Source: Octopus sinensis (lineage: Eukaryota). Taken from it: a stretch of 64,000 nucleotides of DNA. This document shows positions 1-12,905 of this stretch, piece after piece; positions within the stretch are counted from its first letter, which is position 1; each line of letters opens with the position of its first letter. A model generated the notes under the pieces. That model did no database searches. It was not told where the DNA came from and saw nothing but the letters and a program-made list of their open reading frames with translations. Both the position numbers and the translations under genes were made by a program. The stretch spans positions 31,248,001 to 31,312,000 of the forward strand of contig NC_043001.1 of assembly GCF_006345805.1 (NCBI RefSeq), read 5' to 3'.

Positions 1-662
1 TACAGTGCCTATCTTCCACACATATATCACTGCCTACCTCTCCTATAGCGTAAGGTAACCACAGTTGAGAGCAGTAGTCCAGACGGCCGAGGACAAATGT
101 CTTCTATAGGACCAGCATAGTTTCCTTGTCCCTTGTTCTAAAGGTTTTCAGAATACATTCGGCCATTCATCTACACACTGCCAACATGCATGTGAAACGA
201 GGAACCGTTACTCGGTTATCTCGGTTCTCTCCTTGTTTCTTTCTGTGTTCTGACGTAATGTTGCTATGTGAACCCGAGTTCGATTTTTGTATTGGGTAGA
301 TAGCATGGGGGCCAAGTCTTGGATGGATTTTAAAATTGATGCGAACAGCATTTGGGCAAAATTGATGGAATAATTTCCACGTAACACAAATGATGTAGCG
401 CTCCTGGCGGCGTTGGAGAGAGTAGAGGTTGAGTTTTTTAGTCAGCCCCAATAATCAACGCCTCTCATGCTGTCTGTCTGTCTTGTTATTGATCTCTGGA
501 ATGCTTCTGCTTTCATAATGAGTTGTTTCATATCGGGGGACCACAGTGGGCAACAGTACTCAAGTAGAGTAGAGAAGGATGATGGTGTGGGCATCTCTAG
601 ACCGGAAAGTTCTCAGAATCCAGAAGTACAACTTGCAGGCCAAGTCAACCTTGCTGTTTACG
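1..662 (-). mobile_element. CR1-like LINE ORF2 3' fragment, a near-identical second copy of 2199-2859, ending at an assembly gap
   Basis: The sequence matches 2199-2859 apart from a T6 vs T5 homopolymer. The minus-strand ORF 167-451 (KKLNLYSLQRRQERYII) is typical of the CR1-type RT C-terminal region. Confidence 0.85.
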
Positions 663-762
663 NNNNNNNNNNNNNNNNNNNNNNNNNNNNNNNNNNNNNN
701 NNNNNNNNNNNNNNNNNNNNNNNNNNNNNNNNNNNNNNNNNNNNNNNNNNNNNNNNNNNNNN
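663..762. other. Assembly gap (100 N)
   Basis: A run of exactly 100 N, as expected for a fixed-size scaffolding gap. Confidence 1.
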
Positions 763-904
763 TGTATGTCAAATTTTAGCCACAATTAAGAAAGAGCATT
801 TGTACCAACATCCTAAAATTTCAGCTTCCTACGTACATGTAGCGTTCATTTTATTAAAATAAAAAAAAAACATTTTCATATCTTCAGACTAGGTATATAT
901 ATAA

Positions 905-949
<45 letters not shown>

Positions 950-1749
950 CTACCACACACACACACACACCACACACACACACATGCACCACACATATAT
1001 ATATATATATATTATATATATATATATAACACATACATAAGCACACATAAACACACATAGATATATATGCATATATACACACACTTCGATGCAACCATTC
1101 TCATGTTTTGTAACCCAAAAAACCTCGACACACCAATAAATCAATCAATAAATTAATGTACTAATTATTTTACTAACATTCCAATTAGTTGATAACTGAA
1201 GGGAAATACAACCACTGCATATGTTTTTATTGGTAGCATGACCGCAAAGTACAGCGCTTTTCTTTCACTACACGATTTTGACTATCTCGTAAAACAAATA
1301 AAAACACAAACATTTTACTAATTTACAGACGCTGAAGGTTCTGTGAAATTGGAGATACACGTTGAATAAGCTGACTTGTTACTGAACAACGATAGAGTGT
1401 TGGGCAGAGGGGATGTAATTTATCTTCCGTGTATCAGCTTGCCTGATACAATCCTTCCGACAATATATTACAAAACAAAGCGAAAAGAAACGTTATTTAT
1501 TAAAGAGCAATGAATATATCTAAGTTGGGCGTAAGCAATGTAAGCGTAAACTATATAAATGCAAAAAATATAAATATATACAAACGAAAGCCAAAGTAAA
1601 TGATCAGCAAAAAGCAGAGACAAGAATATCGAGCAAGAAGTTAGAGACAAACCCACACAACCTAGTTCGTAGTTTGTCTTACAACTTCTGCACCGTCTGA
1701 GTAAAAATTACTCCAAGATGGCAGAAAGGATCTTAATCAGATGATATCT

Positions 1750-1943
1750 TTTATGTCTTTCTTTAACTTGTTTCAGTTATTGGACTGCGACCATACTTAA
1801 ACAAGTCTAGTCGAACGAATCGACCCCAGTACTTTAAGCCTGGTGCTCATTCTTTCTCTATTTTGCCGAACCGCTAAGTTACGAGAGACATACACGAACT
1901 AACACCGGTTGTCAAAAGTGGTTGGGACAAGCACATCAACAAT

Positions 1944-1994
<51 letters not shown>
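1750..1994 (-). mobile_element. Old 3' half of the ~450-bp microsatellite-containing SINE family, ending in (CA)n
   Basis: Contains tgtttcagttattggactgcgaccat...gccgaaccgctaagttacg...ggacaagcac, a degenerate match to the copies at 12487 and 60299. Confidence 0.7.
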
Positions 1995-1995
<1 letters not shown>

Positions 1996-2000
1996 ACACA

Positions 2001-4842
2001 ATAAATAAATAACCACCTGAGTTATTTTTTATTCTTCAACTAACTTGGGACTTTCCATTGGTTTGGGCCTGGAGTTTATAGCTGACGAAGGAATACATGC
2101 AGTAGGTATAACCCTTTGTGGATTTGGTGACGTTATGTATTCAGTCAGTACTTGTGGATGTGTGCATAACTGGAGGGACAAAGTTTGGTGCCAGCTCCTA
2201 CAGTGCCTATCTTCCACACATATATCACTGCCTACCTCTCCTATAGCGTAAGGTAACCACAGTTGAGAGCAGTAGTCCAGACGGCCGAGGACAAATGTCT
2301 TCTATAGGACCAGCATAGTTTCCTTGTCCCTTGTTCTAAAGGTTTTCAGAATACATTCGGCCATTCATCTACACACTGCCAACATGCATGTGAAACGAGG
2401 AACCGTTACTCGGTTATCTCGGTTCTCTCCTTGTTTCTTTCTGTGTTCTGACGTAATGTTGCTATGTGAACCCGAGTTCGATTTTTGTATTGGGTAGATA
2501 GCATGGGGGCCAAGTCTTGGATGGATTTTAAAATTGATGCGAACAGCATTTGGGCAAAATTGATGGAATAATTTCCACGTAACACAAATGATGTAGCGCT
2601 CCTGGCGGCGTTGGAGAGAGTAGAGGTTGAGTTTTTAGTCAGCCCCAATAATCAACGCCTCTCATGCTGTCTGTCTGTCTTGTTATTGATCTCTGGAATG
2701 CTTCTGCTTTCATAATGAGTTGTTTCATATCGGGGGACCACAGTGGGCAACAGTACTCAAGTAGAGTAGAGAAGGATGATGGTGTGGGCATCTCTAGACC
2801 GGAAAGTTCTCAGAATCCAGAAGTACAACTTGCAGGCCAAGTCAACCTTGCTGTTTACGTTGGAATTCCAGCTTAGATTGTTATCAACAATCACTCCAGG
2901 ATATCTGGTATTGTTGGATGAGACTATGGAGTCGCTCGAGGGAAAACCATATAGTAATTTCAGAGTTTCCTCCTTCCCAAAGTGGATCAAATCAAACATC
3001 TTCATTTAAAAGAATATTGTTTTTTTCTGCCCATTGGACAATAGCAAACAGATCTGACAATAGCAAACAGATCTGTTCGGTCTCTCATGCCGTTTATGGC
3101 TTTCTGGAGTTTGGAATCATCTGCGAAGATTTTCAATGCAGAATGTTTGATGAAATTTACTATGTCGTTAATGTAAATAATGAAGATGAGTGTGCCCAAC
3201 ACAGTACCTTGTGGAACACCACTACTGACTTTGGCTGAGCTGGATTGTATTTCCTCAAACACAACATGTTGGGTTCTGTTCGTCAGGAAACACTTTATCC
3301 ACTGCAGCAGCTTTCCACAGACTCCAATGTTGGGCAGTTTCTTCAGCAGGATTTAGTGGTCCACTGAAATCAAGGTATGTGACATCAGTGTTGGAGCCTT
3401 CTCACAACGCTTTAAGATGTCATCAAAATGGTGCAGAAGCTGTGACAGACAGTCCCTGCCATCACGGAAACCATGCTGGTTGGGGTTCAGCAGATTCTTG
3501 TCTTCGAGGAAATGAGTTAATTGCGATCTCACCACCCTCTCAAATACTTAATGATATGAGAAGTGGGACAAGGAAACAGGCTGGGAAAGAAAATGATCAG
3601 GAATGTAGCCTGCATCAAGTGAGTTTCTCCAGAGCTCAGCTAGAGGGAGTGCAATTTGATATCGACACATCTTTAGGACAGTGGCCGGGAACTTATCGGG
3701 ACCTACTGCAGAGTTGTGTTTGATTTTATTTATTTCTCTTAGGATACCAGGAGCACCAAATTTATGTCATATATGGTTAGTTGAGGGTTTACATCACTAA
3801 TACAAGCCAGATCAACAACATTAGCGTTACTGAAAACAGAGCAGTATTGTCTCTGCAGTATCTCGGAAATGGATTTTGCATCATCATGTAGAGTGTTGTT
3901 CTTGTCAACCAGCGGACCAACAGTGGAAACAGTGTCTTTATGTGTTTTGTCTTTTTGCAAATAAAAACGACATTTTGGGATTGAGTTTTATTTTCTCGAA
4001 GGCCCAACTCTCTTCAGCTGCTCTTTGTTAATGATGGTCATCATGCTTTTTTGGAGGTTGTGTTTTTTTCGATTCGAGCGATGCAATGGCAGTCGAATGG
4101 GTGCATTGCTGTTGGCAGTATTTAAGTTGGTTGATTTTCTTGTTAATTCTTTTTATTTTTCTGATAATTGCTCTTCTATTTCTAGGGATTCTGATTTGTA
4201 TACTGATCTTAATGGAGTATGTTTTGCGCATATATGTGTCACCGTATCTGCAAATGTCTGCCTTGATGAGTTTATGTTGTGGATGTGTGCGTGCTTGAAG
4301 GCCCACTACACTTGCGAAAGATCATGATTGATTGCATCCTAGTCTCCGTTATGAAGATACATAGTGTCAAATGGATGGACTGGAGAGATGTCTCTAGATT
4401 TGATCTTTGGGTGGTAGAAACTCAGATCCCAGAGAACCATGTCATAGTCTGAGAGTGGTGGTGTTTTTTTTTTCCATTGCAATATTGAGGATCCTTGTGG
4501 TCACTGAACACTAGATCCAAGATGTTTCTATGACTCCTTGTTGGTACAAGAACAAGTTGGGTCAGGAAAAACGCATCCATGAAATCAAAAATCATTTCGA
4601 TTGCTTCCTTATCAGGGAGGGATTGAGGTGGAAAAACCTGTTTTCAAACCGTTAGTGGACCAATCAACATTGGGAAAGTTGAAATCCCCCATCATTAATA
4701 TGTTGTCAGCATGACAATGATGGATGAAACATTCCTAGAAGCGTGGTAAATGAGTTAGGGGTGGCCTATAGAGCTTAACTACTATTAAATTGCTGGTTTT
4801 ACTAAACACAGGAGTTGCTTCACAGTAGCCGTTGGTATCTAT
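2001..4842 (-). mobile_element. 5'-truncated, frameshifted CR1-like LINE (APE endonuclease + reverse transcriptase pseudogene)
   Basis: Minus-strand translation gives APE motifs YRPP and GDFNFPNVDW (~4660-4800) and TQLVLVPTRSHRNILDLVFSD. It also gives GPDKFPA..LK, NQHGFR (3353-3535), the RT core GVPQGTVLG..FIIYINDI..FADD (3002-3262), and the C-terminus ...SPKLVEE* followed by a (TATT)3 tail. Confidence 0.92.
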
Positions 4843-5721
4843 ACACACACACACACACACACACACCACACCACACACACATATATTATATATATATATT
4901 ATATATATAAAATATATTTATGTATTTATACATATACATATATATATATAGGTATATATACATATATACATAAAAATACAAAAATGGGACAAGAACGCAA
5001 CATGTATATATGTATATATGTATATGTATACACATATATACATATATATATATATTGTTGTACATATACATATATATATATTTATATACATATACATATA
5101 TATATTATAGACATATACATTATATATATATATTTATATACATATACATATATATATAGATATATTATATCATATACATATATATATATTATATTTATAT
5201 ACATAATATATATATATATTTATATACATATACATATATATATATTTATATTTATATACATTATACATATATATATATTTATATTTATATACATATATAT
5301 ATATATATATTTATATACATATACATATATATATATTTATATTTATATACATATACATATATTTTATATATATATTTATACATATACATATATATATATA
5401 ATATATATATATATTTATATACATATACATGTATATAAATATATATGTATATAAATAATATATATATATATATGTATATGTATAAAATATATATATATAT
5501 ATGTATATGTATATAATATATATATATATATATATATAATATATATTTATATACATATACATATATATATATATATATATTTATATACATATACATAATA
5601 TATATATATATATATATATATTTATTACATTAACATATATATATATATTATATATATATATCTATATATTTATATTTATAACATATATATATATATATAT
5701 ATATTTATATACATATACATA

Positions 5722-5754
<33 letters not shown>

Positions 5755-5767
5755 TTATATACTATAC

Positions 5768-5802
<35 letters not shown>

Positions 5803-5805
5803 TAC

Positions 5806-5836
<31 letters not shown>

Positions 5837-5992
5837 GTATATAATATATATATATATATATATTATATATAATAATATATATATTATATATACATATACA
5901 TATATATATATATATATTATATATCTATATATTTATATACTATATATATATATATTATATATAGAATATATATATATATATATATGTATATT

Positions 5993-6039
<47 letters not shown>

Positions 6040-6040
6040 G

Positions 6041-6071
<31 letters not shown>

Positions 6072-6080
6072 GTATATTTA

Positions 6081-6122
<42 letters not shown>

Positions 6123-6211
6123 TTATATACATATATATATATATATATATTATATATACATATACATATAATATATAACATATACATAATCTATCTATAT
6201 ATATATATATA

Positions 6212-6260
<49 letters not shown>
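4843..6260. repeat. Compound (CA)n / giant degenerate (TA)n-TACA / (GA)n microsatellite array
   Basis: About 1.3 kb of almost pure A/T with recurring tatacatatacata units, ending in (GA)n at ~6217-6259. Confidence 0.95.
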
Positions 6261-6261
<1 letters not shown>

Positions 6262-6455
6262 ATATACATAAATATAGTACATATACCCATTTATATATTC
6301 AAATACACACACATTTACGTGTATATATATATATATATTTATATACAAACATTTATATACATATATGTCTATGTGCGTGTGTGAGTGTGTACACGCACAT
6401 ATGTATATACGTACGTAAGTACATAGGTGTAGATACGGATATACACATACAAACA

Positions 6456-6486
<31 letters not shown>

Positions 6487-7099
6487 ACACGGAAGAGTGA
6501 GATTGAGATGTTATTCACTAAATAAAACCAGGGAAAAAAAACAAGAGACGAAATGAAAATGAATGATAAGGATTCTCTGGGATGCTGGGTTTCATCTCAT
6601 GGACTTTATGATTCTAAAATAGCAGAATTAATGAAACTGAGATGGTATGAAGAACAATGTCTATAGTTACAATGGTAACCATAGCAGCGGCACTTGGTTA
6701 CAATAATCACAACAGTAGCAACAACTGATATTGCTGAGATTTGCAACAGACATATATATACTTAAACATACATGTAATATACATGCGCACGTGCACACAG
6801 GCGCACACATACAGACAGAGGAGGAGATAGAGGGGAGAGTGTGAGGAGGGAGGTGTTTGGTGGCAAAGATATCGCTAGGTACAGAGAGAGGGATTGAGGG
6901 GTAGAGATGATCAAAAACGGAAGAAAGATATCAAGTAATATTGACAAGGAAAATAAGGATAGAACTGGCGTCAGCATGATGTAACAGAGGCAGATTCAAG
7001 TAGAATTAACCGTAATAACTGCACAAATAACAATAGGTGGTCAAAGAAATAATTAATGAACAAACGTAAAATAGACGGACAAAAATGATAGGATTAGCT

Positions 7100-7288
7100 A
7101 AACTGACAAAGAGATGAATAGAGAGTCAGACAGGTAGCTAGATACACAGACAGACGGACATATTGACTGACAGACTGACACACAGACAGACAGACAGACA
7201 CACAGATAGGCTTATTTAGTGATAGACAGACATATAGAGAGATAGACAGACAGATAGAGAGATAGGTAGGCAGAGAGACAGACGGACG

Positions 7289-7323
<35 letters not shown>

Positions 7324-7411
7324 CAGCAGACAGACAGACAGACAGACCAGCAGACAGACAGACAGACAGACCAGCAGACAGACAGACCAGCAGACAGACA
7401 GACAGACAGAC

Positions 7412-7478
<67 letters not shown>
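7100..7478. repeat. (GACA)n/(GATA)n compound tetranucleotide microsatellite
   Basis: Runs of cagacagac, ccagcagacagacagacaga and gatagatagata. Confidence 0.95.
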
Positions 7479-7715
7479 CAGGTTGAAAAAATGTTTCGCT
7501 GTATGAGATATGCGAATCTCCAGTCAGTGTTCAAAAGAGTCGTTCGTAAATTGTGATAAATTGTTTCGGAGTATTTAAAAAGTGCTCGTTGCTGAAATGG
7601 TTATGGAACACTGAGATAATATCTAAACTAGGTCCTTATTTCCTTTCTCTATAGTCAAATCCTACAAAAGACAGTCTATTTTTTTATTCGGTAAGTAACG
7701 AGGAAGCCTCTAAAT

Positions 7716-8118
7716 CAGGGGCTCTCAACCATTTTTTACCAATGGACTCCTATGATTACTATTTTATTCTGGACGTTCTCGGAACAATTCGATGTTTAAA
7801 AACTAATTTTATAGAAACTTCTTCCAAAATTCATATTTTGGTTTTCACATTAATTTCTATTGGTTAAACTACGTAAAATGTTAGGAAAAAGAAACCCAGC
7901 TTTCTTGCAATACATACCAATGCATACATCTAAAGTAAATTTTCTTTTCAGGGACCCTTAAAATACTACAGTAGGTCCCCAATTTACTATTTTGCTTGGT
8001 GGACCCCCAAATTCTTATATGGACCCTCAGGTGCCATATGGACCCTCAGGTGCCATATGGACCCTCAGGTGCCATATGGACCCTTAGGTGCCATATGGAC
8101 CTCGATTGAGACCTGCTG
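7716..8118. mobile_element. hAT (Charlie-like) MITE
   Basis: Imperfect TIRs (caggggctctcaacc / reverse complement cagcaggtctcaatc). An exact 8-bp TSD CTCTAAAT lies at 7708-7715 and 8119-8126, resembling the NTCTARAN Charlie target. Confidence 0.8.
8018..8101 (+). repeat. 19-bp minisatellite (tatggaccctcaggtgcca) x ~4.4 inside the MITE
   Basis: Head-to-tail units with no spacers and one C>T variant. Confidence 0.95.
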
Positions 8119-8639
8119 CTCTAAATGAATATTCGATCTGCAAGAAATAACAGCCGAATTTCACTCACATTACACTACTCAATTATATATATAAGATCAT
8201 GGCTCAATAAGAATATCGTCATAAGGCCTCTGTCACTCGAAAAGCATGGTCGAGATATTTTGAAGACTGACAGTCATGCAAGTCTCTTCTCTCAACTATA
8301 TCAGTGTCCCTCCAAAGGAATAGATCGTCAATTTGGCCCATTATAACTCGGCGCTAGTGCTGTCGTAGACATTATTATCAGAACGCAAGGTATCGTGACA
8401 GATTCCGCGAATCATCGAGTTCAACATCTTACCAGTTCCGCCAATCCACTGCATTGGGTTGGTTTCATTTTTATCGACACTGAAAAGATGAAGTATAAAA
8501 CTGAACTCAGCGGAATTCGAACCCAGAACGCAAACAATCGGAACAAATAGCGGATGCATTCTAGTCAACGTTCTAAAGACTGTCAATTTTTCGCTTGAAT
8601 GTAGTCTTTATCTGCTTCTAAAAATGATGGAATGGCTTG

Positions 8640-9050
8640 AAAATAACTAAATTAGAAAGAACGAGAGAACATACACTTGATCGTTCGACCTGATAGAATT
8701 AGATGCTAAATCTCCTTCAAATTACATCTTACCGTCTTAAAATGAGGAAGGATACATTAAGCAATGTACTGTCGGATATACAAACAGGATGAAAGTTCAT
8801 AGCCAGAACACCTTTCATGATAGGCCTGCTATTTGGCTCAAATCATCCCAATAAGACAACGAACCAAAGCTTGCTAGATGATTGAGTTTTACTCAAATCA
8901 CAATGTACCGTCTTTAAAAAATAAACAGAGGTCACGTTAGATAATGTTGTCCTAGAAACACTATGTTTGAAGGGCAGAATGATCATGGCTTCAACGGGGT
9001 TGGCTATAACGATATTGGATCATAGCCGACTTGCTGCTAAACAATAATAA
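8640..9050 (+). mobile_element. Two old copies of an abundant short retroposon family (aaatctccctcaaatcacaccctactgtctt...ggctggaatgcctttgatcatagg...aacaacaa type)
   Basis: The same motif order recurs at ~10640-10950, 13440-13600, 34870-35250, 38480-38710, 53690-53900, 54720-54900 and 63430-64000. Confidence 0.55.
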
Positions 9051-9419
9051 AAACACCAACATTTGCAGTAAAGAAGGTCGAATAATTTACGACCCAAGGA
9101 TAAAACTCAGTTCTGAAATGTGCATTGGAGCCTCCCACAATCTGAATAATCAAATAAATACGCGTGGCAGAATGGATGAAGAACAAACACCAAAGTCGGT
9201 TTGCAAAGGGGGAAAAAATAGATTTAGGAAAAATGAAAAAAAAAACTCTGCAACTATATAAATTTGAATTGAATTATATATATTTCTTTGTAGGTTAATC
9301 TTTTTTTTTTCGTTTTTACCTAAATAACTTTAAAATTTCTGCTCTTATTATTCTATGTTAATTCTTTTGCTGCCATGAATTTGTGGACAAACTTCAGTTG
9401 CCTGATCGAAAATACTGTT

Positions 9420-9786
9420 AATGAGAGGTTTATATATATATATATATATATACATATGTAAATATATATAAAATATATATATATATATATATATAAACAT
9501 ATAAATATATATATTAAATTATATATATATATATATATATAAACATATAAATATATATATTAAATATATATATATATATATATAATATATATCTTTATAT
9601 TATATATATATATATATATATATATCTTTATATACATATAAATAAATAGATATATATCTATATATAAATATATAAACAGATATATATATATATAATTATA
9701 TAAATATAAATATAGATATATACATACACACACATATATATATATATATACATATAGGTCACTTGTTATGCTAGTACATCTCCGTA

Positions 9787-9828
<42 letters not shown>

Positions 9829-9830
9829 CT
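9420..9830. repeat. (TA)n-rich low-complexity tract
   Basis: Near-pure AT sequence with repeated aaacatataaatatat units. Confidence 0.9.
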
Positions 9831-10959
9831 TCCTGACAAAAAAAAAAGACAACGATAAAATAAATAAATGCATGCTTATAACCCGTAAGTAAATAAAACG
9901 GCGTGCGAACAGAGGAAGAGATATAAAGATATCAGACAACAGAGAGAACGCGCAGTTCAACTTCCTTACCTACCACCTTTGCCAAAAATCCTCTGTGTAT
10001 GTGTGCGTGTGTGTGTGTGTGTTTGTAGCTATTAAAATTCCAGCAAAAGTTTTGTTTGCAAACCTCGTTCTCGATAGAGTAAAGAATATTGGAGGTAAGC
10101 CAACGGAATAAAAGAAAATATCATAAAAAACTAAGCAACAGGGCGCCATTAAGCAATTTCTGCATGGTATTTACACTAAGTGATGAGATCGCAGTTGGTT
10201 GGCAACGTGAAGAGAATAGTGTACGAGTAAAACGCGGTTGAGAGGAAAATATTCAGCAAGGAGCCCACAGTAGAAAAATGGATAAATACAAAAAATATAA
10301 AGCGAAATTTGAAAAATTTGTCCACAAATCAAACATTAAAGGTTTTGACGTTAGATTGGAGTTGTTATTTAGTTATTTCGCCTCAGGTTATCCCTTGAGC
10401 AAATCTAGCCGTAATTATCCGGCCCCTTTTTTTTGTTTTTTCGTGTATTGATGGTGATTTTAAGGCTGCTGTTATGAGGAGGACGAGTGACAAAGTTCAT
10501 GATCTTTCATTGACTCGACTGTTTATTGAAGTAGTTTTTAATTGTCGTGTCTAAAATTTGAAGTTTGGTAGATGAGAAATCTCTTACGTATAACTGTATT
10601 GCCTTAAAAACAATGTGCATAATGGAGAAATATACAACGCCTGGCAAAAAAGGTGGGATAGTCACGGCTGGGACATAGTTTAATATAAGTCTGCATGATC
10701 GCAGGTCTCAGCGGAGGATAAAGAATATCAACAACTGTTGCTTATCAACAAATTCTCATTACCATCGAATGTTAAAAATACACATACATCATCGTACTTA
10801 AATTCCATCTTGCACTCTCTTATCACATATTTGGATATCTATATATACCCTACTCAGAAAGCCCTATCTTCCGTTTTGGGATCCACTGTTCTAAGACAAA
10901 TTCACATCTACTCGATCAGGGCTGATCTGAATTACACATAAACAGCAACATCAAGTAAA

Positions 10960-11335
10960 GGCGCAATGGCCCAATGGTTAGGGCAGCGGACTCGCGGTCG
11001 GAGGATCGCGGTTTCGATTCCCAGACCGGGCGTTGTGTGTGTTTATTAAGCGAAAACACCTAAAGCTCCACGAGGCTCTGGCAGCGGGTGGTGGCGACCC
11101 CTGTTGTACTCTTTCGCTCCAACTTTCTCTCACTCTTTCTTCCTGTTTTTTGTCCCCGACTTCCTACGCAACCGCTGAACCTGGATGCGCATTCATCCAT
11201 CCGTCGATGCTCTTGGTGTCGGGAGTTGACCTGCTTTCTCTTCTGCAGGTCTTACGAATAGCAAAGGACCACATTTCGGACTTCTCCCATCTTGCGAGAT
11301 CTGGGACAAAGACCGTTCGCTCAATATAACAGCAG
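10960..11335 (+). mobile_element. tRNA-derived SINE (Arg-like head), variant 3' half
   Basis: Head ggcgcaatggcccaatggttagggcagcggactcgcgg...ggtttcgattccc has A- and B-box-like motifs. The 5' part is shared with 25062. Confidence 0.75.
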
Positions 11336-11712
11336 CAACATCAAACGACTTTCTTATCCACTGGCCAACGTCTAACACAAATTCAACTCACTTATAGCAA
11401 CTGACTTTTACGAATGTAGGTAACGTAATGTTAGCTTTCAACTTGATATTTACTCATACTTCTTTCTGCATTTACACAAAATTTAAAAAACGATATCATA
11501 AACGTTTATTCATCATTCAATCCTGGATTGTCCAAAAAAAAAACTGTAATTTATATAAATACTATTAAATCACTGACAACCTTTGGTTATTATTGGAAGC
11601 TGTGTGCCTTAGTAGATTGGTTGAAGGGCAAAGTCGAGCTCGGCAGAATTTGAACTCAGAACGTAAACACTGACAAAATGTCATTGAGTATTTTGCCAGT
11701 GTGCTAATGATT

Positions 11713-12129
11713 CTTATTTCTTTACTGCCCACAAGGGGCTAAACATAGAGGGGACAAACAAAGACAGACAAAGGGATTAAGTCGATTACATCGACCCCAG
11801 TGTGTAACTGGTACTTAATTTATTGACCCCGAAAGGATGAAAGGTAAAGTTGACCTCGGCGGAATTTGAACGCAGAACGTAGCGGCAGACGAAATACCTA
11901 TTTCTTTACTACCTACAAGTGGCTAAACACAGAGAGGACAAACTAGGACAGACAAACGGATTAAGTCGATTATATCGACCCCAGTGCGTAACTGGTACTT
12001 ATTTAATCGACTCTGAAATGATGAAAGGCAAAGTCGACCTCGGCAGAATTTGAACTCAGAACGTAGCGGCAGACGACATACGGCTACGCATTTCGCCTGA
12101 CGTGCTAACGTTTCTGCCAGCTCGCCGCC
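11713..12129 (-). mobile_element. Dimeric SINE (ggcggcgagctggcagaaacgttagcacg head plus two tandem ~185-bp body units)
   Basis: Two tandem gagttcaaattccgccgaggtcgactttgcctttcatcctttcggggtcgat...ccccttgtgggtagtaaagaaata units on the minus strand. Confidence 0.85.
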
Positions 12130-12486
12130 TTAGCAAGATATGTACAGTATATTAAAACGCTTTAGTAGATTGTGTATATTGAGCACGTGTTATTGATTAT
12201 TGCCAAGATACAACGGTAAGGGGGCGTTACACAATAGGTTTTGTAGGAACCTGTTAGTACAAATTAGAATTAGGTCCTAGCATATCGATCGGCTGATTTG
12301 AAATCCTACCAGGAGCAACTTTTTAGTTGTTGTTGTTTTTTTTTTCCATTGGGCGTCAATAAGGCATCAATAAAGACATATAGAGCGTAGAAACAAAACG
12401 GCCGAACGGTTATTATCGGCTGACAGATCTTGAGATCAATTCTACCTGAGACGTTGTGTATATTTCAGAAGCACAATTTATGATAT

Positions 12487-12703
12487 ACTCTCTTTTATTC
12501 TTTTATTTGTTTCAGTCATTTGACTGCGGCCATGCTGGAGCACCGCCTTTAGTCGAACAAATCGACCCCAGGACTTATTCTTTGGAAGCCCAGTACTTAT
12601 TCTATCGGTCCTTTTTGCCGAACCGCTAAGTTACGGGGACGTAAACACACGAGCATTGGTTGTCAAGCGATGTTGGTGGGGAAGGACAAACACAGACACT
12701 CAA

Positions 12704-12734
<31 letters not shown>

Positions 12735-12905
12735 CATATATACGACGGGCTTCTTTCAGTTTCCGTCTACTAAACCCACTCACAAGGCTTTGGTCGGCCC
12801 GAGTCTATAGTAGAAGACACTTGCCCAAAGTAACACGCAGTGGGACTGAACTCGGAACCATGTGGTAGGTAAGCAAGCTACTTACCACACAGCAACTCCT
12901 GCGCG
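12487..12905 (-). mobile_element. Full-length tRNA-derived SINE with internal (TA)n(TG)n microsatellite
   Basis: Head ggcgcaggagtggctgtgtggtaag...ggttcagtccc, then body, microsatellite, and 3' end ccagcatggccgcagtcaaatgactgaaacaa plus (taaaaga)n. Confidence 0.9.

Noticed and set aside
4886-6456. Long YIYI/ICI-type ORFs (also at 876, 20954, 29135, 60018 and others)
   Set aside because: These are translations of (TA)n/(CA)n microsatellites, which lack stop codons by composition.
7094-7534. 146-aa [11 protein letters not shown]
   Set aside because: This is the translation of the (GATA)n/(GACA)n repeats.
8018-8101. CRISPR-like appearance of the 19-bp and 22-bp (46070) arrays
   Set aside because: The units are head-to-tail with no spacers and sit in a eukaryotic context, so they are minisatellites.
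10960-11035. Possible tRNA genes (also at 25064, 29885 and 36455)
   Set aside because: They have tRNA-like A/B boxes but continue into SINE bodies and lack a full acceptor stem. They are SINE heads.
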